DNA from: Escherichia coli
GTDB taxonomy: Bacteria; Pseudomonadota; Gammaproteobacteria; Enterobacterales; Enterobacteriaceae
Strand: one strand, 5' to 3'
Assembly: GCF_003334335.1 (NCBI RefSeq)
Contig: NZ_QOWQ01000022.1
Length of the DNA: 64,000 nucleotides
In this document: in pieces, positions 62,501 to 64,000 of the stretch
Position numbering within the stretch: position 1 is the first letter of the stretch
Layout of the letters: each line of letters begins with the position of its first letter
Position numbers and translations under genes: made by a program
Notes under the pieces: model-generated
What the model was told of the DNA's origin: nothing
The model's input: the letters and a program-made list of their open reading frames with translations, nothing else
Databases searched by the model: none

Positions 62501-64000
62501 ATGGAATCTAATAATGGGGAAGCCAAAATCCAGAAAGTGAAGAACTGGTCTCCCGTGTGGATATTTCCTATCGTCACGGCGCTCATTGGGGCCTGGGTTC
62601 TTTTTTATCATTACAGCCATCAGGGACCGGAAGTGACCCTGATCACCGCGAATGCGGAAGGAATTGAAGGTGGCAAAACCACCATTAAAAGCCGTAGCGT
62701 TGACGTCGGCGTGGTTGAAAGTGCCACACTGGCTGATGATTTGACACACGTTGAAATCAAAGCGCGGCTGAATTCCGGTATGGAAAAATTGCTGCATAAA
62801 GATACCGTCTTTTGGGTGGTGAAACCGCAGATTGGTCGCGAAGGGATTAGCGGCCTGGGAACGCTGCTGTCTGGAGTTTATATCGAACTGCAGCCAGGCG
62901 CGAAAGGCAGCAAAATGGATAAATACGATTTGCTGGACTCGCCACCGTTGGCCCCGCCTGATGCGAAAGGTATCCGTGTGATTCTCGATAGCAAAAAAGC
63001 CGGGCAGCTCTCGCCAGGAGATCCGGTGCTGTTCCGTGGCTATCGGGTAGGTTCGGTTGAAACCAGCACCTTCGATACGCAAAAACGCAATATCAGCTAT
63101 CAACTGTTCATCAATGCACCTTATGACCGACTGGTGACCAGCAATGTTCGCTTCTGGAAAGATAGTGGCATTGCGGTTGATCTGACGTCAGCGGGAATGC
63201 GTGTGGAGATGGGCTCATTGACAACGCTGCTGAGTGGCGGTGTCAGCTTTGATGTGCCGGAAGGTCTGGATTTAGGGCAGCCAGTGGCACCGAAAACAGC
63301 TTTCGTTTTGTATGATGATCAGAAGAGCATTCAGGATTCGTTGTACACCGATCACATTGATTATCTGATGTTCTTTAAAGATTCGGTACGCGGTCTGCAA
63401 CCGGGAGCTCCGGTAGAATTCCGGGGTATTCGCCTGGGTACCGTAAGCAAAGTGCCATTCTTTGCGCCGAATATGCGTCAGACATTTAACGATGATTACC
63501 GTATTCCGGTACTGATTCGTATCGAGCCAGAGCGGCTGAAAATGCAGCTTGGCGAAAATGCGGATGTTGTTGAGCACCTTGGCGAATTGTTGAAACGTGG
63601 TTTACGCGGATCGCTGAAAACCGGAAACCTGGTCACTGGCGCACTGTATGTTGATCTCGATTTCTATCCAAATACGCCTGCAATAACCGGTATTCGTGAA
63701 TTTAATGGTTATCAGATTATCCCGACTGTTAGCGGCGGCCTGGCGCAAATCCAGCAACGACTGATGGAAGCGTTGGATAAGATCAACAAACTGCCATTGA
63801 ATCCGATGATTGAACAGGCAACCAGTACGCTTTCTGAAAGTCAGCGCACAATGAAAAACCTGCAAACGACGCTGGATAGCATGAACAAGATCCTCGCCAG
63901 CCAGTCGATGCAGCAGTTGCCGACGGATATGCAGTCAACGTTGCGTGAATTGAATCGCAGCATGCAGGGCTTCCAGCCTGGCTCCGCAGCCTACAACAAG
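62501..64000 (+). CDS. pqiB: MCE-domain protein PqiB, 5' portion only (runs off the window end)
   Basis: ATG at 62501 after pqiA stop; open frame MESNNGEAKIQKVKNWSPVWIFPIV... to position 64000 with no stop. Confidence 0.9.
   Translation, partial: MESNNGEAKIQKVKNWSPVWIFPIVTALIGAWVLFYHYSHQGPEVTLITANAEGIEGGKTTIKSRSVDVGVVESATLADDLTHVEIKARLNSGMEKLLHKDTVFWVVKPQIGREGISGLGTLLSGVYIELQPGAKGSKMDKYDLLDSPPLAPPDAKGIRVILDSKKAGQLSPGDPVLFRGYRVGSVETSTFDTQKRNISYQLFINAPYDRLVTSNVRFWKDSGIAVDLTSAGMRVEMGSLTTLLSGGVSFDVPEGLDLGQPVAPKTAFVLYDDQKSIQDSLYTDHIDYLMFFKDSVRGLQPGAPVEFRGIRLGTVSKVPFFAPNMRQTFNDDYRIPVLIRIEPERLKMQLGENADVVEHLGELLKRGLRGSLKTGNLVTGALYVDLDFYPNTPAITGIREFNGYQIIPTVSGGLAQIQQRLMEALDKINKLPLNPMIEQATSTLSESQRTMKNLQTTLDSMNKILASQSMQQLPTDMQSTLRELNRSMQGFQPGSAAYNK

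Overview
This window reads as a contiguous, syntenic stretch of Escherichia coli (K-12-like) core chromosome running from pflA to the 5' part of pqiB. Gene order is pflA-pflB-focA-ycaO / ycaP-serC-aroA-ycaL-cmk-rpsA-ihfB-ycaI-msbA-lpxK-ycaQ-ycaR-kdsB-ycbJ / elyC / cmoM-mukF-mukE-mukB-ldtD-mepK-gloC / aspC-ompF-asnS-pncB / pepN / ssuEADCB (minus strand) / elfADCG-ycbUVF-pyrD-zapC / ycbX / rlmL-uup-pqiA-pqiB. Gene calls come from the supplied ORF track plus recognition of the protein sequences and the known gene order; starts were trimmed where the longest ORF overshoots the start I expect from the protein sequence. I found no rRNA, tRNA, CRISPR array, insertion sequence, integrase or phage-like block. 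Non-coding features I can support are several intrinsic terminator hairpins, a REP/BIME element, the ompF control region and an FNR-type box upstream of focA. The one clear departure from an intact gene set is elfC, the fimbrial usher, which is split across two reading frames and about 180 codons shorter than a normal usher. I do not see evidence for a novel, undescribed system here; the findings are mostly modest and mainly concern under-characterised but known genes. No database search or alignment was run; protein lengths quoted for reference genes are from memory.
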